Source: a virus (taxonomy: Duplodnaviria > Caudoviricetes). From it: 36,926 bases of DNA. The position numbers and the translations under genes were made by a program. Location of the stretch: IMG/VR virus record IMGVR_UViG_3300002091_000057, positions 1-36,926 of that record. The stretch is one strand, 5' to 3'. The notes below the pieces were generated by a model, which was given only the letters and a program-made list of their open reading frames with translations, was not told the origin of the DNA and ran no database searches. Positions 5,141 through 14,124 of this stretch are shown here, one piece after another. Within the stretch, counting starts at the first letter, position 1. Every line of letters starts with the position of its first letter.

Positions 5141-6127
5141 TTATTGTCCTTGGGGTAACTGTTGTGGTCGAACTGGCTTTAGGGCTTGTGCGGCTGCTTG
5201 TTGTCGAATCACACTATTTAAAAATTCTTGTCCACCAAGGCCTTCAATATCTCTCAGCGATCCTGATTGTAATACAGCTTGAGCTTGTTCGGGCGAAATG
5301 GGCGCACCATACTGGGTGTTGTGTTGACGGAATGCCTGTTCGGCTCGTTGTCCTTGCCCTTCAGCTAATCGTTGACCCAGCCCAGATTCTTGTGCGTATT
5401 GGCTGGCATCATAGGCATTTAATGCTAAACCTGCTGGCCCTAGCACTTTGCCAGCTCCTCGCACCACTGGTCCCAAGACTCGACCAATCTGTTGCATGCG
5501 ACCGGGCACTAGTTGAACTAATTCTTTTGCTTCGGGCATGGCACGAATTGCTGGATCAGCTGTGTCAAAAAATTCTTTTAAACCTTGAGCACCACGCTGA
5601 GTGATCAAATTGGTTAATCTAGCAGATTCAGATTTTGGCAAAGTATCCATTAATGTATTAAATGTGTTTTGCAAACCAGGAGTTGTGGCAATTCGGCTGG
5701 CCAAGGCTTGTCCTGTGTCAGCGGCTTGTTTTAGAGCACCATAAGTTTCGTGCAGACCTTTCAAGGCACTGGCAGTGCCAAATACTGGGGGCATTCCGTG
5801 TGTGGCCATCAAGGTATCTGCAATGGCCTTGCCAGCACCACCTGCTCCGGCTCCGTATGAATTGAATACTCGACCTGGAATTTGTGCAAATGGTTTCAGT
5901 GTTTCTCCAACAGCTTGTCCATTAAATCCTGTGGGCCCGGGCACAGCAAATTGAGGCATGGGCGACACAGATGTTTCAGATCCGTACTCGGCCTGCACCG
6001 GTGGTCGTAAAAATTGATCTGGATCAAACCCTCCAGTTTCTTGTCGAACTGGAGACGGTTGATTCGTAGTGGTTTCAACCGATTCTGGTTGAGTCCGTTC
6101 AAGGAATGCATCTGGATCAAATGCCAT
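5141..6127 (-). CDS. Putative internal virion / DNA ejection protein
   Basis: Gly/Ala/Gln-rich, repeated FDPD(A/Q)FL motif, located after the large ejection protein. Confidence 0.55.
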   Translation of the reverse strand: MAFDPDAFLERTQPESVETTTNQPSPVRQETGGFDPDQFLRPPVQAEYGSETSVSPMPQFAVPGPTGFNGQAVGETLKPFAQIPGRVFNSYGAGAGGAGKAIADTLMATHGMPPVFGTASALKGLHETYGALKQAADTGQALASRIATTPGLQNTFNTLMDTLPKSESARLTNLITQRGAQGLKEFFDTADPAIRAMPEAKELVQLVPGRMQQIGRVLGPVVRGAGKVLGPAGLALNAYDASQYAQESGLGQRLAEGQGQRAEQAFRQHNTQYGAPISPEQAQAVLQSGSLRDIEGLGGQEFLNSVIRQQAAAQALKPVRPQQLPQGQ

Positions 6128-9100
6128 TATCTTATTCCTATTCTTGTCAGTATTTCAGCGGATCTTGGATCGTTGGGGTTTTGTTTGACCCATTTGTATG
6201 CCTGTTCAGCTTCTTTGGCATTGCCCAGGAAATAGCGTGAGTCTGGTTCCATGCCGTTGTTCATACGCTGACGATTCACACCCACCTTGATAATTTCTTC
6301 CAATTGATGAGCATTTCTTAAAAATGCTTCTTCGCTGATACCCTTGTCTTGTAACGCAGACAAGGCAGCCGAAGCTGACGCACCTTCTTTGTCACTGATA
6401 GCACCAGCTCCGCGCAGTTTGGCAAATTGTACCATGAATTTTTCAGCTTCCAACTGGTTGTATTTGGCAGTCCAGTCTCTTGCTTCGGTACCACGAATTT
6501 GTAACATGCCAGTAATACCCGGTACACCCACATTGGTTTTTAGGCCTTCTGATATAAGCGGATTACCATTTTTGTCCAACTTGATCTTGCCGGTTTTATT
6601 GTCTGTTTGATACAGCACATCATTAATGGTACCCAAAATCTGATCAGCTTGTGCTTGATATTCTGGGAATGCCAAGGTAGATTTGGCCTGTCCTTCGGCA
6701 AGATCTGCGGCCAATTTGTCATAAACTTTTTGTCTGGCCTTGAACACTGCTTCAGGTTCATTCATACCACGCACAGGTGGTGGTCCAGCTTTGTCAATTA
6801 CTGCACGATTTTCTGTTGCAACAACAGGAGCTGTTGTTGCAGTTGATACACCAGCAGTTTTGTTTGCCATCATTGACAAGTATCGTTCAGCTGTGGTATC
6901 CAGTTGTGGATTGGTTTTTCTTGCGGCACTGCCAGGAGCAAAGCCCAGCATGTCAGCTACATTTTTCTGTGCGTTGGCAGGGTCAATGACCTTGCCCACA
7001 TTGCCAGCACCAATTGCTTGTGCTAGATAGATGTTTCTTGGAGTGGCTTCTACCCCAGCCTGTTTCAAAGATGCAGTGTTCATTTGCGTCATTACTTCAT
7101 ATAACTTTTCTTGATTTTCTCCACTGAATTGATCTTGATCAGTCAGGCCAGCTGACTTCATCAGGCCACGCACTGTGCCAGGCAGGAATCCATATTTGCC
7201 AGCACCGCCGGTATTGTCTTTCATGCGGCTGTCCATTATTTTCAATGCTTCACCAATGCTCAACTGAGATAAATTTCGACCACCATTTGCGGCTGGTATT
7301 GATTTGTCTCCACCTGGCCCACCAAAACCAAATATAGCATCGTAGCCGGCTTGACCGCCTTCGTTGCGACCAATAACTTCCTTGAGTGAATTTGGATTTG
7401 TTGTACCAGTCTGAGCGGTTGCGGCGACTGTGGCAGGATTCACAGGACCTTGAGATCCTGGTACACCGCCTTGCACAAATCCGTAATTGCGCAGGAATGT
7501 GGCTTCTTCATCGGCAGTAATATTGCCACGATCCTTTTTAAGTTGTGCCAAGGCACTCAAAGCATCTTTGCCATATTGCGTTTTAAGACTGTTTATATAG
7601 TTGATGTCGCTGATCAATTGATGCGTGGTAACTCGTTTGGCAGTAGGTATGTCACTGCCGAGATAGATTTGATCTTTGTTAGGACCTGTGGCATACACAT
7701 AATCCACATTACCAGTTTTGAGATTTTGTCTTTGACGCACTTCAGCTGGCTTGCCATCGGGTCCGTTGACCACACCTTGTTCACCAGTAAAAGTAAACTG
7801 ATGACTGGAGTTGTATGGTCCTTGTGAGGCCCAGGCATATAATTCTTTACCAGTGATGGCAGTACCATCTGCACGAACACCACCAACTGGAGCACCTTGT
7901 GAGTTGTAAGTGAGCACACCGTGTTCACCGTTGGGTCCTTGTGCTGCCATGGTTTTGTTGCCTTGGCTGCTGGCCCATTCTAGTAGTTTGGTGCCTGTAA
8001 TAGCAGTGCCATCTGCTCGCACGCCTGATACTGGATTGCCGTTGCCATCCACCGTGATCATGCCACTTTCGCCATTGGGGCCAATCGCGGCTGTGGTGCG
8101 ATTTTTCAAGCCCAGTTTGTTGGCTTCTAGATCGGCGGCTGCGTGTAGGTTCATGCCTTGGAACAACAGATACTTGACCCAACTGCCGTCTGATCCTGAT
8201 CGTTGTGCTTCACGCATGACTGGACGCATGTCGCCAGATTCTTGTGCCTTGGCAAATAGTTCTTGTGCGGCTTTTTCGGCACGCTTTTGATCAACAAAAT
8301 TGCTGAGATGTTGTTCAGCCACACCACGCACCCATTTTGGTGCATTGGGGTCAAAGGCCATTTCAGCAACCATTCTAGGATCTTGCTGTGCTCCGGTAAA
8401 TCTTTCAGCCCAACCTTCAGGATCCATCAGTTCGGTACCAGGACCCATCTGACCGGGTGTGGTGTTCTCAACTGAGGTGTTGGGCGCGACCGCAAGCGGT
8501 GTAGGCACAACAGGTTTTGCTGGAGCCACATACCCTTTGGGTTCAGTTCCAGGTGCATAGTTGGGAGTTGGTTTTAGGCCATTGGCTCGATCACGATAAT
8601 ACTGAATTTTTTCTGCATAGGTTTTCATACCGCTGGTTTCGTTGTCAGGCAATATAGTTGTGGGGTTGCCAGGTGTGCCGTTAGCACTGCGGTAACTGGG
8701 CGGATACAAGGCAGCATCTTGGAAAGTTTCTTGAGGTGCTACGGGCTTACCAGTTTTGATATCAAACACTTCACCGGCCATGCCACCTTCTTGCTGTAGT
8801 TGGTTTTGCGGCGACACTGGTGCTGTTGTTTGTTGTGATAAAAACTGTGCTCGAGGATTTTGATTTTGATTAGTTTGACCCGGATAGCCTCCAACATCTG
8901 GCTGTCGTCCTTGCAAATTGGGATTGAATTGACTGCCGTCCATGGGCGATACCGGTGACACCGGATTCATTGTGTTCAATTGACCTTGTGGTCGGCTGGC
9001 CAAATAACCTTGTAGCATTTGGTCACCTGTCATGGTGGCTGCTGCCGGTTGGCTCACTGTGGGCGTAAACGGATTGGCACTACTGAGATCTTTGGTGGAT

Positions 9101-9243
9101 CCAGAGATGGTCATGGTTTGTTCGCCAGTCTTGGGATCAATCTTGATTGTCTGTGTTACTGGTTGAGCCTTTTCATTGCGTTCTCGCAACTTGCGATACA
9201 TGTCCAAAACAGGATCTTGATCCAGATATTGATTTTCATCCAT
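6127..9243 (-). CDS. Large internal virion/ejection protein with lysozyme-like (lytic transglycosylase) domain
   Basis: 1038 aa. IGRNEGG..GYDAIFG...QLSIGE...GAGKYGFLPGT...FSGENQEKL resembles lambda-R-like muralytic domains; podovirus synteny. Confidence 0.7.
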   Translation of the reverse strand: MDENQYLDQDPVLDMYRKLRERNEKAQPVTQTIKIDPKTGEQTMTISGSTKDLSSANPFTPTVSQPAAATMTGDQMLQGYLASRPQGQLNTMNPVSPVSPMDGSQFNPNLQGRQPDVGGYPGQTNQNQNPRAQFLSQQTTAPVSPQNQLQQEGGMAGEVFDIKTGKPVAPQETFQDAALYPPSYRSANGTPGNPTTILPDNETSGMKTYAEKIQYYRDRANGLKPTPNYAPGTEPKGYVAPAKPVVPTPLAVAPNTSVENTTPGQMGPGTELMDPEGWAERFTGAQQDPRMVAEMAFDPNAPKWVRGVAEQHLSNFVDQKRAEKAAQELFAKAQESGDMRPVMREAQRSGSDGSWVKYLLFQGMNLHAAADLEANKLGLKNRTTAAIGPNGESGMITVDGNGNPVSGVRADGTAITGTKLLEWASSQGNKTMAAQGPNGEHGVLTYNSQGAPVGGVRADGTAITGKELYAWASQGPYNSSHQFTFTGEQGVVNGPDGKPAEVRQRQNLKTGNVDYVYATGPNKDQIYLGSDIPTAKRVTTHQLISDINYINSLKTQYGKDALSALAQLKKDRGNITADEEATFLRNYGFVQGGVPGSQGPVNPATVAATAQTGTTNPNSLKEVIGRNEGGQAGYDAIFGFGGPGGDKSIPAANGGRNLSQLSIGEALKIMDSRMKDNTGGAGKYGFLPGTVRGLMKSAGLTDQDQFSGENQEKLYEVMTQMNTASLKQAGVEATPRNIYLAQAIGAGNVGKVIDPANAQKNVADMLGFAPGSAARKTNPQLDTTAERYLSMMANKTAGVSTATTAPVVATENRAVIDKAGPPPVRGMNEPEAVFKARQKVYDKLAADLAEGQAKSTLAFPEYQAQADQILGTINDVLYQTDNKTGKIKLDKNGNPLISEGLKTNVGVPGITGMLQIRGTEARDWTAKYNQLEAEKFMVQFAKLRGAGAISDKEGASASAALSALQDKGISEEAFLRNAHQLEEIIKVGVNRQRMNNGMEPDSRYFLGNAKEAEQAYKWVKQNPNDPRSAEILTRIGIR

Positions 9244-9246
9244 AAA

Positions 9247-10200
9247 TTAAGCCACCTTTTGCATAGAAACACCAATGCGATCATAATTGACATGCAGGTA
9301 TCCAGTTGGTCCTGTATACACAGCGGCCGGATCAAGTTTTTGCACATCTTGTGCCATTACACCTCTCCAACGACCTGGGTATTCACGATAGTCAAAATCA
9401 TAAATGTCATGACCATTTTGTTTGCCCACATACTCAATATTTTTCTTGGCGTTGCGATCACTGAGACCTGGCAACAGGCTAACGCCACTTTGTCCAGTGC
9501 CCGAATTGGTAGTGGTTGTACCACCCGCTGTGCCACCGTAATTGCCTTTGGTTCCGGCAAACAATTGATTCATTACAGGTGCATATTTGCCGAATAAATC
9601 GGTTTGTGCACCAGCGGCTCCAAGTCCAGCTTGGAATTGTCCCAGACCACCAGCCAATTGACTTGCCCCGCCGCCCATCAGGCTGTTGGCGGCATTGGCT
9701 CGGTTGGCTTCAATGCCAGCTTGTGTTTGTGCCATGGCCTGTTGCTGTTGCATTTGATTTTGTTGTGCTAAAGCACCACCTGCGATAGCTTGTCTAGCTG
9801 ATCCCAAGTTGCCTGCACCACCAAAGTTGGCCTGTTGACCAGCTAGGTTTTGTTGATATTGTAACTGTGCTGGAATAGCACTTGCAGCCACCTGCTGTTG
9901 AGCATATTCAGGACTGAACAAGTTTTGCAGGCCTTGACTGCCTGTTTGTAAATTACTTGCACCTGTTTGTCCAAGTAGGCCACCAGCTTGATTGCCGTAA
10001 CCAGCCACGGCATTGGCTGCGTTGCCAACACCGCCAACTCCTGCATTAAATATGTCACTACCGGCCTGCAAGGTCTGTCCCAGTATGGGTGACGCTTGAT
10101 TGTTCAAGCCTGTGGTATTGGCCATTTCCTGCAATTGGTACGGACTCAATTGTGGTGCTTGATAGGTTTGACTGCTTCCGCTGCCTGATTGTGTGTTCAT
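9247..10200 (-). CDS. Gln/Gly/Ala-rich virion (ejection-like) protein with C-terminal peptidase S74 intramolecular chaperone domain
   Basis: LSDRNAKKNI...IYDFDY...GVMAQDVQK..P.AV....GYLHVNYDRI is the S74 autocleavage signature. Confidence 0.8.
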   Translation of the reverse strand: MNTQSGSGSSQTYQAPQLSPYQLQEMANTTGLNNQASPILGQTLQAGSDIFNAGVGGVGNAANAVAGYGNQAGGLLGQTGASNLQTGSQGLQNLFSPEYAQQQVAASAIPAQLQYQQNLAGQQANFGGAGNLGSARQAIAGGALAQQNQMQQQQAMAQTQAGIEANRANAANSLMGGGASQLAGGLGQFQAGLGAAGAQTDLFGKYAPVMNQLFAGTKGNYGGTAGGTTTTNSGTGQSGVSLLPGLSDRNAKKNIEYVGKQNGHDIYDFDYREYPGRWRGVMAQDVQKLDPAAVYTGPTGYLHVNYDRIGVSMQKVA

Positions 10201-10203
10201 AAT

Positions 10204-11010
10204 TTATCCTCTTGGTGCTACAGGGCCCGAAGCCATCATTTGTGCTCCTGGATTTTGCAACTGTAAATTTTTCAATGCGTTAAATTGTGGTGCTTGCATC
10301 TGCATGCCAGCATTTGAGCCAACTTGCACAGCTGGTAATGGTGTGAAGTTTGGTGGAGTAAAATTCTTGAATTGATCTGCGTAGTTTGGTGGAGTAAATG
10401 TTTGATTACTGCCTGTACCTGTACCTGTTAATTTTGGTATGGCATAGGCCGCTGCTGCGGTACCCAGTAACGGCAATAACCAGTCCATGGTGGAACCTCC
10501 GCCGCCACCTGAACCACCTGAACCAGCCGAGTTGTTTGATTTACCGCCACCAAACAATTTGCTGATGCTGTCTAAAAAACTAGGTTGACTTGATTGATTT
10601 GGGTTGCCAGCAAGATTGCTAGGCGGGCCCATCTGCTCAGGGGGTTGTTGATTGGCAAATCCTGATCTAGGTTGATAAGGAGTGCCACCCTGGCCGCCCT
10701 TTAACACATTGCCGTTTTGATCAACAACCTGTCCTTGTTCGTTGGTTCCAACCGGCATGGGATTGCCCTGGTCATCGAACTGTACTCCGTTGCCCATTAA
10801 ATCTCGGCTGGGCCCCATTTGTTCACCATTTGAATAATCTCGAGAGGTCATTTCAGGTGCTACTGGACCTGTCGACACAGGTGGTTGTTGTACCGGTTGT
10901 TGTATGGGTTGATCCCATCCCCAATCATCCTGTGTGTATGTTGGTTGTTGTACAGGTGCTACCGGTTGGTATTCATTGTACTGATCCCAACTGCTCCAAT
11001 CTGCGCTCAT
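10204..11010 (-). CDS. Low-complexity Pro/Gln/Gly-rich putative internal virion protein
   Basis: Disordered composition, one hydrophobic segment (WLLPLLGTAAAAYAIP), synteny. Confidence 0.55.
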   Translation of the reverse strand: MSADWSSWDQYNEYQPVAPVQQPTYTQDDWGWDQPIQQPVQQPPVSTGPVAPEMTSRDYSNGEQMGPSRDLMGNGVQFDDQGNPMPVGTNEQGQVVDQNGNVLKGGQGGTPYQPRSGFANQQPPEQMGPPSNLAGNPNQSSQPSFLDSISKLFGGGKSNNSAGSGGSGGGGGSTMDWLLPLLGTAAAAYAIPKLTGTGTGSNQTFTPPNYADQFKNFTPPNFTPLPAVQVGSNAGMQMQAPQFNALKNLQLQNPGAQMMASGPVAPRG

Positions 11011-11011
11011 A

Positions 11012-11344
11012 TTATTCTCTCTCTGAAACTATGTCATCGTCAACTCGAGCAGGGTCAGTTACATCAGTTCTGTGAATACAGAACCATTTGACTGGAGCTT
11101 CCAAAGGAACAATCCAGTGACGCCGGTCGGCCACGATGTTTAACACAGCAGGTGCTGTGTGTACGGTTCTTACACCGTCTACATCCAGAATAACTTTACC
11201 GGATGTGAGTATACTCATGTGATCATAATGATGCTTGTGTTGATGCATGCAATCATCAAGTGTTTCTAGAGTCATTTCCTTGGCGTATACGCCGCCCGAG
11301 AAATGATGCACTACTTTTAACTTTTGTTCTGATTCAGGTGTCAT
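11012..11344 (-). CDS. Cupin (RmlC-like) domain protein
   Basis: HHFSGGVYAKE...HQHKHHYDHMSILTSGKV...HWI...WFCIH; preceded by TAAATA-N5-ATG. Confidence 0.85.
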   Translation of the reverse strand: MTPESEQKLKVVHHFSGGVYAKEMTLETLDDCMHQHKHHYDHMSILTSGKVILDVDGVRTVHTAPAVLNIVADRRHWIVPLEAPVKWFCIHRTDVTDPARVDDDIVSERE

Positions 11345-11349
11345 ACGAG

Positions 11350-11356
11350 TATTTAG
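11350..11356 (-). promoter_or_regulatory. Late-type box CTAAATA, 5 nt before cupin ATG
   Basis: Sits in an 18-bp intergenic gap with no Shine-Dalgarno. Confidence 0.7.
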
Positions 11357-11362
11357 CGGCGG

Positions 11363-11797
11363 TCAAAGCCAGCTGGGTCTTGTGGGCCACACTATGGTAG
11401 CTGGAAAATCCTGCTGTTGCGGTACTGCCAACAAGGCCAATCTATAGTCTTGTAATTGTTGTTGTTGTTCAGTGGTGAGGCTGGCAAACCATAATGGGTT
11501 CACTTGATCAACCAGGCCTAGACCCAAATTTCTTGATTTTCTTGCTTGTGTGGCTGTGGCATCCAGATCGATTTGATAAGTTTTGGTTACATAGTCAAAC
11601 ACATAAACAGATCCATCTGCTGGTGGCCTTGGAATACGCACTGCCTGTTGTGTGGCTGTGTCTATGTAAAAATATTGCCCTTGATAAAAAATCGGGATTG
11701 AGGATTGCTCATCTGATACGAAAGGTGGTTCAGTTTCTTGCACTTGAGCACTAGAAACTATCTGTCCTGTTGTGGTATTGTATATGGTATAACTCAT
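11363..11797 (-). CDS. Tail fibre assembly chaperone-like protein
   Basis: C-terminal ARKSRN...YRLALLAVPQQQDFPATIVWPTRP motif; follows a fibre gene. Confidence 0.8.
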   Translation of the reverse strand: MSYTIYNTTTGQIVSSAQVQETEPPFVSDEQSSIPIFYQGQYFYIDTATQQAVRIPRPPADGSVYVFDYVTKTYQIDLDATATQARKSRNLGLGLVDQVNPLWFASLTTEQQQQLQDYRLALLAVPQQQDFPATIVWPTRPSWL

Positions 11798-14124
11798 CGT
11801 TTTAGCACCGTTCCTGAAACTGCATAAGCCTCCACTGCCATGTCATTCACAGTAAATGTTCCTTGGAAATTGTCCCAACTGATAAATGGAATGTAATAAA
11901 ATGTGCCAGCAGTGGGTGGAAAATCAAAAATACCTGTGATTGAAAATGGCACAACAAAACTGTAAAAAGCATTGTTGATAAACACCTGGGTGCTGGTAAG
12001 TATGGTACTCCACACATAGGTGCCCGAAGTCACAGTGCTATCATATCTGTAGATGTCCACATACACCAACATCTGTGCATAAACACCTGCTTGCAACGCT
12101 GTGGCCTTGGTATCAAGAAATATGGTTCCATTGAAGTTTAATTGCACCAGTTGATTGGCTGCAGTGGTAGTGATTGGCAAATACGGACTGGTGGGTATGT
12201 CTGGTAACAGTTGTACCACAGCATTTGACAAGGCTACTGTGGGTGTGGGTGTGACTGTAAACGAATTGCCGGTCACTGCGGCTGTGACCACAGTGTTGGC
12301 TGCCAAGGTACCTGTACCAGATATTTTGGTCACCCGCGAATTTACAATTGACACATCACTAGTCCAGCCACCAAATGGTGTGTTTGTGGTTATGGTATTG
12401 CCTGAACTGTTGGCACTGTTGGCAATAAATGTTCCAATGCCGTAGGTGTTGCCGGCTGTGATAGGCCCATCTATGCTGAGCACATAGCCTGGAAATTGTC
12501 CTTGGTTACTGCTGGTCACAGCATTTTGTATGATAGTGGTTGTTTGTACAGTGTTGGCATTGAGACTGGCACCACCGGCACCATTGCCAGTTATTAGTCC
12601 AGCCACTGTTAAATTGCCACCTATGGAAGCATTGTTACCTATGATCAGGTTGCCACCTATGTTGGCATTTGAACCAACTGTGAGCAGGTTGCCAATGCTC
12701 ATGCTGCCACCAAATCTGGCATTGCCTGAAAATGCGTTGGCCCAAAAACCACCCGAGGTATTGCTGTCAAGTACAGCATTACCGCCTTTTAGGACCAGGG
12801 TATAAACTTCATTGGCATTGAGTTTACTTGCGTTTACACTGCCAGTTATAAACACATTGCCATTGATGGCCTGTCCCGGAGCATCAGCCCAGGTCTGCGT
12901 GGTTGCGTTGAACTGATAAATTTTGACCACTGCGGTATTGGCTGTCCAGGTGAATGCACCCACATCGGCATCTACTGGTGCTAGACCAGATCCGATTGGT
13001 GCCACAGTATTTGTTGTTGCACTGGCCCACCAGGTTGTTAAATTGGCATTGCTTGCACCCACTGGTGTGCTGGGAGTAAGCACATAGCCCATGGGTATTG
13101 GACCACGACTACCAGGTGCACCACCTGCTCCGGTGTATTGATAAGTGGCTCCCCAGGCATTGCCGATGCTGACATTGGCAGTGGGATTGGTACTGCTTAC
13201 AGTGGTGCTAGTAGCATAGATAGGAGCACCATTGGCACTGACTGGTGTGTTTGACCAAGTGGCTGGTGGAGTTCCCAAACTAGTACTAAAGTTGTAGAAA
13301 CCACCTGTGGGTGTGGCTGGTGCTGAATTGGCACTTTGGAACACGCTGTAAAAGAATGTGCTTACACCATTAGAACCGTTTGAACCGTTTGAACCGTTGG
13401 CACCAATCTGTCCTGTAAGCACTGCTGTGGTCCAAGGTGCACTTGGCCCCACTGTGATATTGCCAGTGCTGGTGGCCTTGAATGTGTTTTGACTGCTGTA
13501 AAAGCCTGCATTGCCGGTTGGTATGCTGTTGCTCCAGCCCGACGGTGCTGTAAAAATCAAGTTGCCAAAGTCATAAGTTCCACCTGTGGGTGTGGCTGGA
13601 GTTGCATTGGCTCGCTGATACGCAGTCATGACCACGATTGGCAATGCAGCCACTTGCGTGACAAAATCCAGATCAATGCCCGAGGGACTGGTGGGTGCTT
13701 GAACATAACCTGATGCAGGCAATGAGGTATCAACTATAAACCCAATTTGTCTACCACCAATAGTGGTGTAATACAATTTGTATGTGGTCCCAAATCCGCC
13801 ACCAGCCACTTCGGTCCATTGATAACTGGCCGGATTGTTGATGGTGCTGGGGCTGGTGCTGTTGTTGTTTAGCACACCAAAATACAGCTTGTTAGTGTAA
13901 ACAGTGGTACTGAATCCTGTGCTGCCATCGGCTGCGTTGGAGTAGGCAACATACAAGTATTTGTAGTAGTAACTGAGTAAGTTGTTGCCCTGCGAAATTT
14001 GACCAGTTGTGGTATTGATGCTGACAGAGTTTCCAGTTGCGTTGGTGCTTTGCCCAAGATTGCTCAGGGCATAGTTCAACGCATCCATCATCTGACCTGT
14101 GTCAGTTATACCAAATGTACTCAT
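11794..14124 (-). CDS. Tail fibre/spike protein
   Basis: Duplicated PATPTGG.Y.F...PxxWSN module, YLYVAYSNAADGSTGFS motif, short GXX linkers, beta-repeat IGGNL.IG. Likely start MSTFG at 14124. Confidence 0.7.
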   Translation of the reverse strand: MSTFGITDTGQMMDALNYALSNLGQSTNATGNSVSINTTTGQISQGNNLLSYYYKYLYVAYSNAADGSTGFSTTVYTNKLYFGVLNNNSTSPSTINNPASYQWTEVAGGGFGTTYKLYYTTIGGRQIGFIVDTSLPASGYVQAPTSPSGIDLDFVTQVAALPIVVMTAYQRANATPATPTGGTYDFGNLIFTAPSGWSNSIPTGNAGFYSSQNTFKATSTGNITVGPSAPWTTAVLTGQIGANGSNGSNGSNGVSTFFYSVFQSANSAPATPTGGFYNFSTSLGTPPATWSNTPVSANGAPIYATSTTVSSTNPTANVSIGNAWGATYQYTGAGGAPGSRGPIPMGYVLTPSTPVGASNANLTTWWASATTNTVAPIGSGLAPVDADVGAFTWTANTAVVKIYQFNATTQTWADAPGQAINGNVFITGSVNASKLNANEVYTLVLKGGNAVLDSNTSGGFWANAFSGNARFGGSMSIGNLLTVGSNANIGGNLIIGNNASIGGNLTVAGLITGNGAGGASLNANTVQTTTIIQNAVTSSNQGQFPGYVLSIDGPITAGNTYGIGTFIANSANSSGNTITTNTPFGGWTSDVSIVNSRVTKISGTGTLAANTVVTAAVTGNSFTVTPTPTVALSNAVVQLLPDIPTSPYLPITTTAANQLVQLNFNGTIFLDTKATALQAGVYAQMLVYVDIYRYDSTVTSGTYVWSTILTSTQVFINNAFYSFVVPFSITGIFDFPPTAGTFYYIPFISWDNFQGTFTVNDMAVEAYAVSGTVLKR

